A stretch of DNA of 64,000 nucleotides from Octopus vulgaris (taxonomy: Eukaryota). Both the position numbers and the translations under genes were made by a program. The stretch is from positions 48,360,001-48,424,000 of the forward strand of contig OX597829.1 in the NCBI GenBank assembly GCA_951406725.2. The letters are read 5' to 3'. The first letter of the stretch is position 1. Each line of letters begins with the position of its first letter. Shown one piece after another: positions 51,431 to 64,000 of this stretch. The notes beneath the pieces were generated by a model. It did not search any database. It was given only the letters and a program-made list of their open reading frames with translations, and was not told the origin of the DNA.

Positions 51431-52224
51431 CTGGCAGAAACGTTAGCACTCCGGGTGAAATGCTTAGCGATATTTCGTCTGTCATTATGTTCTGGGTTCA
51501 AATTCTGCCGAGGTCGACTTTGCCTTTCATTCTTTCAGGGTTGATAAGTAAAGTACCAGTTTCGCACTGGGGTCAATGTAATCGACTTCATCCTTTTGTC
51601 TGTCCTTGTTTGTCCCCTCTATGTTTAGCCCCTTGTGGGCAGTAAAGAAATATATATGCATACACAAATCTGCTTAAAGACGTGAACTCTAATTGTGAAG
51701 GGAATCTGTGGAAGGGGTAGATGCCGGAAGATGTGGGATGAAGTGATAAAAAACGGATCTTTTGATGCTGGGTCTCACTGAAGAAATCACTAGGGACTGG
51801 GAGTTGTGATGATCTGCTGTACTTGAGAAGACGCATCAAGTTAAGTAAAGCCACTGTTATCCACACTGGTATCACACATACAGACACCTCCCTGCCAGCC
51901 ATACATATACACTTGTCCTTTGCCGGTGCCACATAAAATGCACTTAAGCTGGTGCTGCATAAATGCTTCCTGATGGCATGTAAAAGGCACCCAAGGTGGT
52001 GAGCTGGCAGAAACGTTAGCATGCCGGGCGAAATGTGTAGCCATATTTTGTCTGCCATTACGTTCTGAGTTCAAATTCCGCCGAGGTCGACTTTGCCTTT
52101 CATCCTTTCGGGGTCGATAAATTAAGTACCAGATACGCACTGGGGTTGATGTAATTGACTTATTCCGTTTGTCTGTCCTTGTTTGTCCCCTCTGTGTTTA
52201 GCCCCTTGTGGGTAGTAAAGAAAT
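51429..52224 (+). mobile_element. two SINE A copies (51429-51652; 51993-52224 with TSD ATGTAAAAGGCACCCA)
   Basis: Family A motifs and a visible TSD. Confidence 0.88.
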
Positions 52225-53171
52225 ATGTAAAAGGCACCCAACACACTCTGTAAGGTGTTTGGCATTAGGAAAAGGCATCCAGCCGTAGAAACCATGCCAC
52301 AACAGTCAACTGGTGTATGGACAGCTCCCCGGCTGGCTAGATCCTGTGAAACCGCTACTCTTCAGCCCCAGGTAAGATCACATCGGGCAGACCTATGATC
52401 AGACATTCCAGCCATCACCATCCTGTATTCCCAAATGCAACTAACTCAGGACTGTCGTCCTATGATGGCATATCATTTGAGGGTGATTTGGCTGTGTTTT
52501 TCAGCAAGACAAGTGATCACATAGAGGCTTGATCTTGAGCTTTCTAGATGTTGAAGATGTTTAAATTAAACAGAATGGGGCCAATTCATTCAAATCTTTT
52601 CATGCATGGCTGCAATCCTGTGACTGAAGTGAAAAAGAAAGTTAGCTGAATCTCTACAAGCAATTAAATAATAATTAAATAATAATTATATACCCAGCTT
52701 ATTGATTAAAGAAAGAGTTGAATCTTGACCTGAGTGATGGGGCGAAGGGCAGTGGGGTAGGAGCAGTAAAGGGTGCCAAGCTTTCTCAACCCTTGTTATT
52801 TAGCCTCATGTCAGCCATGATTGAGCTGCCATATAATCCATTCCAGAATTCCATCTTGTCCCCCTTTTTTTTTTTTTTTTTACATGGGGAACCTGGTACC
52901 AGATTCTCTAGTGTACTCTTATTTCTAAAATATGAGGAAATAATTTAAAAACAATTTGGCTGTTATTTCTAGCAAGGGTTGAATGACCAATTGGAGATTT
53001 CCCTCATTGACTGAAAAGTACCACTTATGTTATTGCGTAGCCCCAGTTCAGCACTGGTCAAGCAAACCTAATGCCAAAGACACTTTAGCCATGACTGTCA
53101 CATCTTTTACCATCATGCAGGGAACACCCAGGACTTCATCCTATTCTAAGACAGTAAAGTATGATATAAAT

Positions 53172-54280
53172 CAGTGGTCTTCAACCCTTTTTTTTTTACT
53201 TCTGGACCTCTTTGATGCCTATTTTACTCAGCTGGACCCTTATAGCCTTTTAATGTTTAAGGGACCCTAATTATATTTTTATATTAGGTTGAAGAAAAAG
53301 TTTGTGTGCTGTGTTAAAACAATGCTTTTTTTATATGATGCAACTTGATCAAGTCTACGATGTGCTGGTTGAAAAGTACCCAAGACTTGTTTGTCGAAAA
53401 CGTGCTTTGTTTCAAGAAGACAATGCTAAGCTGCATGCCATCAGAAAGACTAGCAACAATAATGAAGAACTGGACGGTGTGGAAGTTTATAGTTCAGACT
53501 TTGTTCCATCTGACTATGGTCTCTACTGATCAATGCAGCACTTTATGAAAGGTCTCCGATTTGAGTCGTTCAATGGAGTTGAAGAAGCCCGTCAAGAATT
53601 TTTCGATTCAAAGCCGAAGGATTGGTACTTTGACCAAATCTGAAAGCTTGCAGATTGTTGACAGAAGGTAGCAGAAAAGTCTTTTATTTTGAAGAATAGT
53701 TGATTTTGAATAAATTCTTGCATTAAAAAAAAACAAAAACATTATTTTAACACAGTACACAAACGTTTTCCTCAGCCTGGTATTTATATATTAATAAGAA
53801 TTGTACAAAAAGAATTGAAATATTTTATGTATTTTAGAAGTATTCTTTTACTTGTTTCAGTCATTTGAATGTGCCCATGCTGGAGCATCACCTTGAAGGG
53901 CTTTAGTCGAACAATCGACACCCCCTACCCACCCACCAAGGACTTATTATTTTTAAGCCTAGTACTTATTCTGTTGGCCTCTTGCTGAACTGCTAAGTTA
54001 CAGGGACATAAACACACCAAACATTGGTTGTCAAACATTGATGAGGAGACACACTCATATACATATATACATGATGGGCTTCTTTCAGTTTCTGTCTACC
54101 AAATCCACCCACAAGGCTTTGGTCAGCCCAAGGCTATAGTAGAAGACATTTTGCCCAAGATACCATGCAGTGGGACTGAACCCAGAACCATGTGGTTGGG
54201 AAGCAAGCTTCTTACCACACAGCCATGCCTGTGCCTATAACCAATTTATTAATAAATTGGACCCTGGTTGAGAACCACTG
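53172..54280. mobile_element. hAT MITE hosting a mariner and a SINE B (53824-54237)
   Basis: TIRs CAGTGGTCTTCAACC / GGTTGAGAACCACTG. Imperfect TSD ATATAAAT / ATATAAGG. Confidence 0.75.
53284..53780 (+). mobile_element. internally deleted mariner element with transposase C-terminal pseudogene (53341-53700)
   Basis: TA flanks and ~40-bp imperfect TIRs. Translation LFQEDNAKLH…YSSDFVPSDYGLY*SMQHFMKGLRF…EFFDSKPKDWY matches the mariner HDNARPH and YSPDLAPSDY motifs. Confidence 0.9.
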
Positions 54281-55146
54281 ATATAAGGGATGCTCGACTC
54301 CTATTTCTATCAGGTCGAACAACCATGTAGATGCTTTTCCCTATATTTTTTTTGTTTCAGGCTGATAGTAGTGGCGATGATGGTGTCGGTGGTTGAAGAT
54401 AGTGTTGGGGAAAGATTCCCTTCTGGGCATCATTTTATATTTTCCTTTTCTCCTTCCCTGCTCTAATTATTTCTAGACTTTCTTTTCCCTTCGACTAGCC
54501 CCACTTTCTCCTGTTCTATTTCAGTAGTTCACTTGGTCAAAACTATTCACACTTCATTGGTGACATTTTTTTCAAACACACACACACCACACACACACAC
54601 ACACAGCTTGGTTAACATTCTTTTTCACTTGTTTCCTTGTATTTTGTGAAACCCCACTCCATACACACTTCTTATCTCTTCCTCCTCCTCCTGCCTCCCT
54701 CTCTTCTCTCTCTCTCTTTTTTTCTTTTTATCTACTTAATGTTTAGAAATCTCCTGCCATACAAATTCCAGGGAGTATTCAGTCAAAATGTGTCTATGGG
54801 ATGAGAATAAACACTCAGCTCTTAAGTGGATCAAGAATGGATTAGACCAGCCCTCTTCCCCATCATGCTATCCTCCTCCATCACCACCAACAATCACAGG
54901 ACTTTTTACCTATTGCAGGTGTTTTTATTGTATCTGTCTGTAGAGCAAAGAATACTTAATTTTTTTTTTTTTTTTTTGACACGCTTCAGTTCACTAGATA
55001 ACTTTTATTTCATTTTGTCTTACCTTATTCTATTTTTATTTTATTTTTTTAGCTGTGGCTTCATTTTGTTGCAATGGAGTAAATAATGTTTTTTTTTTTC
55101 TTAGGGAGATTGATGGGTTGAAATTTGTCTCCTTTGATTTATACTA

Positions 55147-55361
55147 CTCTTTCTTACTCTTTTACTTGTTTCAGTCATGTGACTGGCCATACTTGAGCAC
55201 CGCCTTTAGTCGAGCAAATCGACTCCAGGACTTATTCTTTGTGAGCCTAGTACTTAATTCTATTGGTCCCTTTTGCCAAACCGCTAAGTTACGGGGATGT
55301 AAATGCACCAGCATCGGTTGTCAAGTGATGTTGGGGGCACAAACACACATACAAACATACA

Positions 55362-55410
<49 letters not shown>

Positions 55411-55577
55411 ATATATATGACGGGCTTCTTTCAGTTTCTGTCTACCAAATCCACTCACAAGGCTTTGGTCGGCCTGAGGCTATAGTAGAAGACACTTGCC
55501 CAAGGTGCCATGCAGTTGGACTGAACCCGGAACCATGTGGTTTGTAAGCAAGCTACTTACCACACAGCCACTCCTAC
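55147..55577 (-). mobile_element. SINE family B, near full length
   Basis: Matches 33398-33794. Confidence 0.9.
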
Positions 55578-56949
55578 CCAAAGGATTTTAAATATTATGT
55601 ACCTCTGTGTCTATCTTGTTGGTTTATGCAGTTGACAACACTCTCTCTCAATATCTTCTTTATTTAACAGCAGCAACATTTTTTCTCCTTTAAGCACAGG
55701 GCTTAGAGTGAGTGACCCCTCCCCTCCCTCACCAATGCTGTATGGCTACTTATTTCATCCCCACCCAAAAGAACGAAAGCCAGAGTTAACCATGGTGGAA
55801 TTTGAACTTGGGAGGTAAATCTGGAAGACACGCCTCTAAGTGTTTTCTCTGAGCTAATGGTTCTGCCAGCTCGTTGCCTTGACAACAATAACATTAATGA
55901 TAATGTTCTCAAATTTTGGAGCAAGGCCAGCAATTTTTGAGGGAAGGGGGCAATTCAATTACATTGACCCTAGTGCGCAACTGGTATTTATTTTTAACCT
56001 ACACCAAAAAGGATGAAAAGCAAAGTTGGTGTTGGCAGAATTTGAATAATAATAATAATAGTAATAATAATAATAATGTTCACTTTTCATGTTTGCATGA
56101 ACTGGATGGAGTTTGAGACAGATTTTATATGGCTGGATGCCCTTCCTGTCATCAACACTTACCTGTTTCTAAGTAAGGTAATATTTTTCCCCATAGCCAG
56201 ACATATGCTCACAGAATATTGGAAATGATACTGGTTGTATGACAATCACTTTATGACTACCACCCTTAAAACAAGGAAAAAAGAAACACACATGTATGCA
56301 CAATGGGCTTCTTTCAACACAAATTCACATCAACGAAATCTCAAAATTTCAAATATGTCTTTATTCTTTCCAAAATAGCATGATGAAGATTTGGTAACGA
56401 ATTTAGGCAACTTAAACAGTTGAATAGAGGAACTCCTCTCATTGGCTAATCTTTCTTCGGTTATGTTACGACAGTATGTCAAAATCACTTTGTTACTATC
56501 ACAACTTATTTAATCCAGGAGATTAACCTCTTAATTCAACAAGCTGGTCAAAGTGAGTAAAAGACATGTTCTCTTAAACAATCAAGTCATTGAAAATCTT
56601 TGGCTCTTACGAAAAAAAATGCAGACAGAGACTTCATGTTTACTATAATTACAACTGTTAGATGTGCAGGCAAGGTTGTTTTGGTTAAGAAGTGCAATTT
56701 CAAACCAGGTGGTTTTATAAGGTTTGGTTTCAGCAGGTGAAAGTTTTCAGCTGACATTCTGTACTAAAGCTGCAGACTGACCGATTCTACTTTGAGTGAA
56801 ATTAAGTGGCCTGCTTGGTGTGTGTCTCTGTGTTTGTGTGCACATCTCTGTATGTGTGTATGTATATGTGCATATGTGTTTGTAACTGTATGTACCTGCT
56901 TGTATTTCCATGTGCGTGGATATGCATATGTGTATGTATATGCACACAG

Positions 56950-57345
56950 CTGTATGTATGTGCATGCAGCTGTATGTATGTGCACGCTGCTGTGTGTGTG
57001 TGTGTGCACGCTGCTGTGTGTGTGTGTGTGTGCACGCTGCTGTGTGTGTGTGTGTGTGTGCACGCTGATGTGTGTGTGTGTGTGTGTGTGCACGCTGATG
57101 TGTGTGTGTGTGTGTGCACGCTGCTGTGTGTGTGTGTGTGCACGCTGCTGTGTGTGTGTGTGTGTGCACGCTGATGTGTGTGTGTGTGTGCACGCTGCTG
57201 TGTGTGTGTGTGCACGCTGATGTGTGTGTGTGTGTGTGCACGCTGCTGTGTGTGTGTGTGTGTGCACGCTGCTGTGTGTGTGTGTGTGTACACAGGTGTG
57301 TGTGTACACAGGTGTGTGTGTACACAGGTGTGTGTGTGTGTACAG
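56950..57345. repeat. minisatellite CACGCTG(C/A)(TG)n changing to TACACAGG(TG)n
   Basis: Visible. Confidence 0.92.
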
Positions 57346-57529
57346 CTGTATGGATAAGTGGGAGCATGGAGAGGGGAGGCTGGTATGCATGAACGACTGC
57401 TGGTCTTCCATAAACAACCTTTCCCAGACTTGTCTCCGAGAGTAACTTCCTAGGTGCAATCCCTTGGTCATTCATGACTGAAGGGAGTCTTTTACATTTG
57501 ACAGAGTAATCTGAATGTCAAAGGGTTGA

Positions 57530-58108
57530 CTCTTTGGCATTTAAACCAGTCACATCCAGTCCAAATATTCTACCTAGTCTATGATGAAACTGACCGAATC
57601 CAGCCCCTCACACTTCTCCTGCAACGTCATTCTAAAAATAAAGTCACATCAATGAAATCTCAAAGCTATGATATCTTGCAAACAACTTGCACATGCAAGT
57701 GCTACCAGTTAAAAGCTCCGTATATCGGAAGCTAGCAAGTGTATGGGGTCATCAGGAGAGAATGCGCGCCGTTTCGGGGCCTACCTCTCGACGGCATCAA
57801 TGCGCACCGGCCCCCTCACTGATATGAGGCCCCGCTTGCTAGATCAGCTGGTTATGATGAACTCAATATACTTCTAGCCATCGCTCATCGTCTCTTTTTA
57901 ACCAAATCCAGTGGCTAGCCTTCTCCACTGTAGATTGGATATCAGTCATGGTGGTATTGACTTTACGATGAGTTAGGCCTAACGATAACAACAGTCGTCT
58001 CACGCTGTGTCCTACAAACCCTCTACATCCGACTTCATGCATGATTAATTAAAAACAATGTGGATAAACAAGCATTGTATTTGTCAATGAAATCTGAATG
58101 CTAAAGGG
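57530..58108. mobile_element. family D TTAA MITE interrupted by a LINE fragment, abutting the end of another D copy
   Basis: …AAAGGG|TTGA|CTCTTTGGCATTTAAACC… to …GCTAAAGGG. Confidence 0.75.
57677..58036 (-). mobile_element. HERO/NeSL-like RLE non-LTR retrotransposon 3' end (ORF 58036-57863 plus 3'UTR)
   Basis: Open translation EVGCRGFVGHSVRRLLLSLGLTHRKVNTTMTDIQSTVEKASHWIWLKRDDERWLEVY*. The EVGCRGF and S.W.W.KR motifs are recalled from HERO-clade elements. Confidence 0.8.
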
Positions 58109-58549
58109 TAAAGTAGTATTATGTAAAGCAGTCTTTCTTAAAAATTTTTTTATGGCTCTGTTTTGAAGCCAGCTTATGTTGCCCACCACTAAATGCCTCA
58201 TAGTCACTGTTAGTAAAAAAAGAAAAAAAAAATTACTTTTTCAATGTCAATTAATTACATATGTATCATGGAAGTGTGGTATTTGTAGTCACTTACAAAA
58301 ACAACCATTTCTATACAGATAAAATTTTGTATAAGTAAACAAAATTCTAGAAAGATGTAGTTGTGTACTAAGAAGTAGGAACCGAAGTTGTAAGGATTGG
58401 TACTCATCAACTTTAATCCTTTTTTTTTTACCGTATTTCTGTTGAAATGCACTGCTTTATCTTAGTTTATTTTGAAAATGACAAGGAAGAATTTAGTTAC
58501 ATAATTTTGTCGTTATTAAGCAGGTGTTTAGAACATAAATTAACATGCA

Positions 58550-59040
58550 TTTTTTTGCAAACAACTTGCAAGTTTTACCAGTTGCAATCTCTGCATATTA
58601 AGGGTGCTAGCAAGCTTATAGGGTCACCAGGAGAGAATGTGCATTGTTTCAAGGACTCCCTCTCTTTATCATCATTGCACACACACACCTCACTGAAATG
58701 AAGCCCTGCTTCCTAGATCAAATGGTTTTCAATATTCTTCTGGCCATTGCTCATCTCTTTTTAACCATGTCCAGTTTCTTGCCTTTTCCAGTCTGGATAT
58801 CATTCCTGGTGGTATTTGCTTCATGATGAGTTTGGCCTAGCAACAACAGTTGCTTCACATTGTGTCCGATAAATCATGTACATCCAACTTCGATTGGATA
58901 ATACTCTGCTTCTTCACATTACTTGCGTCTTCACATTACTCAAGGAAGTTTTTATAAAATGGTTGAGCTTCCGAATCCAAATGGTGTCCATGTTATCTAC
59001 ATGAGCTGTTAACTCAGAGTTTCTATTTTATTTCTTTCAC
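58550..59040 (-). mobile_element. second, more degenerate HERO-like 3' fragment inside a family E-like MITE
   Basis: Aligns with 57677-58036. The extension reads …SELTAHVDNMD…RK…AEYYPIEVGC. Confidence 0.72.
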
Positions 59041-59554
59041 ACATCATGATTTTAATGTAAGCTTTTAATTTAGATCACCTTAGAACAAGGAGTTTGTATC
59101 ATAGAATGAGTGGAATGGTCTCAGATGGGTTGGCATCAAAAGCATATTTTTTGTCTTTTACTTGTCTTTTACTTGTCTTTGGATGGCAGTCTTGTTGCTA
59201 TCCCTTCATTATTCCAACGTCTAAATTGTCATGAAACAATTTAGTTACAAAGTGTGCATTGGTATCTGCCAATCACTGCTCTTATATTTCATATCAGGGG
59301 AAAGAAAAATTGTTCATATTTTTAATGTTTTTGGGTCTAATGATCCATTTTTGTAAAATAATTTCTCTCGAGAGATTGAGACATTTTTTTCTCAACTACT
59401 TTAATGTTTGTGATGTTCAGATGATGCAATGTGCTGCTTGCTCCTTGGCCAGGAGTGTAGCCCTTTTGATACCAGCTTGCCTGTGACTCAAACCTGGTTC
59501 TTGATTCAAACTTACTGATTTTTAGTAACCTAAATTTAAATCCTTCTGGTACAA

Positions 59555-59946
59555 GGCATAGGAGTGGCTGTGTGGTAAGTAGCTTGCTTACGAACCACAT
59601 GGTTCCGGGTTCAGTCCCATTGCGTAGCACCTTGGGCAAGTGTCTTCTACTATATCCTCAGGCCGACCAAAGCCTTGTGAGTGGATTTAGTAGATGGAAA
59701 CTGAAAGAAGCCCATCGTGTATATATATATATATTTATGTGTGTCTGTGTTTGTCCCCCCAACATTGCTTGACAACCGATGCTGGTGTGTTTACATCCCC
59801 GTAACTTAGCGGTTCGGCAAAAGAGACTGATAGACTAAGTACTAGGTTTACAAAGAATGAGTCCTGGGGTCAATTTGCTTGACTAAAAGTGGTGCTCCAG
59901 CGTGGCCACACTCAAATGACTGAAACAAGTAAAAAGAATAAAGAGT
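59555..59946 (+). mobile_element. SINE family B, full length
   Basis: GGCATAGGAGTGGCTGTGTGGTAAG…CTTGGGCAAGTGTCTT…GAAACAAGTAAAAAGAATAAAGAGT. Confidence 0.92.
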
Positions 59947-61080
59947 AACACACATGGCTGAATGGTTAAGAAGTTTGCTTCCCAACCATGTAGTTTTAGG
60001 TTCAGTCCTACTGCAGGCACCTTCGTCAAACATATGGTTGTGAATGAGCATCATTGTCATACAAATGAGATTGCTCATTTTCACTCTGACATGAAAAATG
60101 TCAAGGGTGTGGGGGGAAACAGGTGAGGGATGGTCACAGGAAAAGCTTCCAACCAATCTGCCTCAACAAATTCCATCTGATCCATGCAAACCTGGAAAAG
60201 GATGGAAATTTCCAGTTAATTTATGTCCCAAACACTACCCTAATAGTGACAGTTATTTTATCATCATCATCATCATCGTTTAACGTCCGTTTTCCATGCT
60301 AGCATGGGTTGGACGGTTCAACTGGGGTCTGGGAAGCCAGATGGCTGCACCAGGCTCTAATCTGATCTGGCAAGGTTTCTACAGCTGGATGCCCTTCCTA
60401 ACGCCAACTACTCCGGGAGTGTAGTGGGTGCTTTTTACGTGCCACCTTCACAGTTTACTAAATTAATATTTTCAAAGTTAATTTAACCCTTTAGCATTGA
60501 TATTACTTTGTCAAATGTAATGTTTATTTATTCACATTGTTCTGAATCTATCATTCATTATCTTGTAGCTTTGAAATTTCGATCATGTGATTATGACCAT
60601 GCCGGAACATATCCCTGAAAGGAGCAAGTTAGCCCTAATGCTTGTTTTAAGCCTGGTATTTTTCTCAGTCTCTTATACTGAACTGCTAAGTTAGAGGAAT
60701 ATAAGCAAACCAAAACTAGTTGTAAGGGACAAACACATGTGCATGTGCACATATGCATGCATGCAGCAGGCATCTTTGTTTCCATCTGTTTCCAAATACA
60801 CTCAAGGTTTTGGTGAGAAGACTCTTGCCCGAGGTGCCAAGCAGTGGGACTGAACCCAAAGCCACATAGTTTGGAAACAAGTTTCTCAACCACACAGCCA
60901 ACCTGCACCTATATCTTTTATGTTTTCTCTTTATACTTGTTCCAGTCATTAGACTGTGGTCATGCTGGGGCACCACCTTGAAGGATTTTAGTCAAATGAA
61001 TTGATCCCAATACTTTTTTACTTTCCTTTTGCTGAACTGCTGTCATGGGGATGTAAACACACCAATACCAGTTATAGGAA

Positions 61081-61670
<590 letters not shown>

Positions 61671-61848
61671 CTTTCAGTTCATGAGTGGATTTTACTGAGG
61701 CTTTGGTTGGTTTGAGTCAATAGAAGACACTTGCCTATGGTTGAACTGAACCCAGAACCATGTAATTGGGAAGTAAGCTTCTTTTCACACAGCCATGCCT
61801 ACCCCTATATATTTTTTGTTTTTTCTTTTCATTCTATCTGCTGTTTTA

Positions 61849-62528
61849 CCCTTTCAATACCAACTTGGCTGTAACTGCCTCTGGCTCTGTTGTACAAATG
61901 TCTTATTTTCAAAAATTCTGAATTAAAATCTTCCAAACCTCCGTCATAATTTATGTTCCTAAAACGAACTTAATGTTAACTGAGTTACTTTACTAAATTC
62001 TTTGTTATATTTAAAATTAATTGAGAGAAACACAGAGCATCTCAACAGAAATATGGTAACAAAAGGGTTAAAATATATAATAGAGAAACAATTCTTAACC
62101 CTTTAGATAACTACCTGGCTCTCAGTACAGATGTCTTGTTTTCAAAAGTTCCGAATTAAAATCTTCCACCAAACCTTAGTCACAATTTATATTCCTAACA
62201 CTAGCATAACCCTTTAGCATTTAAACCGGCCATATCCGGCCAAAAGTATTCTGCCTGTTTCATGTTCAAACTGGCCAGATCTGGTCTCTCACACCAACCC
62301 TACAATATCATTTTAAAAATTAACAGCCATCTCATCAAAATCTCATAGCTACAAGATAATTCATGATTAGTTCAAGGCAATGTGGATGAAAAAGCATTAG
62401 TTTTGGTAGAATAATGCGAACACTAAAGGGTTAATGATAGCTAAATTATTTTACTAAATTCTTTGTTATATTTCGAATTAATTGAGAGAAACACAAAGCA
62501 TCTCAACAGAAATATGGTAACAAAATGG
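61849..62528. mobile_element. two family E TTAA MITEs (61849-62067, 62099-62528), the second containing a family D MITE (62210-62430)
   Basis: CCCTTT… starts and …GGTAACAAAAGGG|TTAA-type ends. The D copy sits at the internal TTAA seen intact in the first E copy. Confidence 0.85.
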
Positions 62529-63010
62529 TTAAATGGGTTCTTGCAGAAACACTTCTACAATTCATAGAATTAGTGTTTTGTTTATAATTGAAATCTTACT
62601 ATGAATATAATTAAGGGATGACTTCCAACTACTTGTTTCGGGGTTGCCTCATTAACTGGTGGTCATGGTGGGGTTGGTGGCTCCTTCGCCTTCCTCCTCC
62701 ACCTGATTTCCCACGCCTCTCCCTTCAATAGACTTATGTCTTTAGAAATATGGCAGTTCCAAATACAACACCATAGGCTAGTAGTGTGTGACTCATCGAG
62801 ATCATATTGTTTCAGCAAAATGGGAGGAAATCTTTTCTCATATTTAGGTCTATCAGTCTGTAGGCATGCACGTGTGTATGTATGTATGTATGTGTTTGTA
62901 TGCATGTATGTACACATGTCATGTACGTGTGTGTGTAACCTAATATTAACTGTGAATGTCCCTTGAATTTTGTTTTGTTATTGGTGTTTGCTTTGCTCTC
63001 TCTCTCTCCA

Positions 63011-63278
<268 letters not shown>

Positions 63279-63797
63279 CTTATTGCTTATTTCACTTCAA
63301 CAAATTTTTCTTTTTTCTTTGTATCTCTTATATATTTAGTTACAGTTTACAATAAATGTACATAGCATCACATTTCAGTAATCTACTTGAGTCATTTCTC
63401 AACCATTGTGAGCTGGTAGGAACACACATACATGCGCACACTCTCTCTCTCTCTCTTCCTCTCTCCCTCTCTCTCTCTCCCTCTCTCTCTCTCTCACACA
63501 CACAGACCCAAGGTGTACTAAACTCTGAGCAATCCATAGGAGGTATAATAATAATTAAAAAAAACTTTTAGGAACAATAGTGGTTTATTGATGAAGAAAG
63601 TTGTGAATTTTTCCCATATTGACTTTCAATAAGCAGAAAAAAGTTATTTTACAATTCACAGTTAGCAACAGGGGTTGCTGTGTATGTGAATAAAAAATCT
63701 AAATTTAGGGAATGGAGTAGCCAAAATCCAGGCTACATAGGTTTCCTAGCTAATGGAACCTTGAAAGTAGTAATTACCCAAGCAAGGGTAATTAGTA

Positions 63798-63842
<45 letters not shown>

Positions 63843-64000
63843 AATAGCATGTGCTTGAAAAGGTTAAGAACTGAAAGCACTTGCAGATCTATAAAAGCAA
63901 AGCCCACTCACATTTTGCAAAATCCCTTCTCAAAGGTTAGTGTCCTTTGACTTTCTAAAAAGGTTCTTTTCTCAGTCTTAACTCTTTGAGAAAATATCTT

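Noticed and set aside
54345-54430. Acceptor-like TTTTTTTTGTTTCAG followed by purine-rich sequence (similar at 38312 and 41292)
   Set aside because: No matching donor or recognisable protein frame, so it cannot be supported without transcripts.

Overview
Eukaryotic, AT-rich, repeat-dominated DNA. From recalled SINE/MITE families it is most likely octopus (inference). I found no intact protein-coding gene. The long ORFs in the track come from micro- and minisatellites. The only recognisable protein sequences are transposon relics: a piggyBac transposase fragment (19670-19993), a mariner C-terminus (53341-53700), two RTE LINE 3' ends (17121-17520, 32461-33035) and two HERO/NeSL-like RLE LINE 3' ends (57677-58036, 58550-59040). 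A CpG-rich promoter-like segment at the far left, with candidate short non-coding exons, suggests that most of the window is very long intron. The rest is tRNA-derived SINEs (at least 4 families), an RTE-like short element, TTAA piggyBac-like MITEs, hAT and Merlin-like MITEs, non-autonomous Helitrons and Penelope-type fragments. Most notable: (1) about 8 relic minimal hammerhead-ribozyme motifs in Penelope-like fragments; (2) a candidate composite Helitron carrying a piggyBac transposase fragment; (3) head-to-tail stacks of TTAA MITEs; (4) a 24-bp minisatellite amplified from a SINE head; (5) SINE dimers inserted as single units. Coordinates were counted by hand, and those of degenerate repeats are approximate. 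Family names come from motif recall and need database confirmation.
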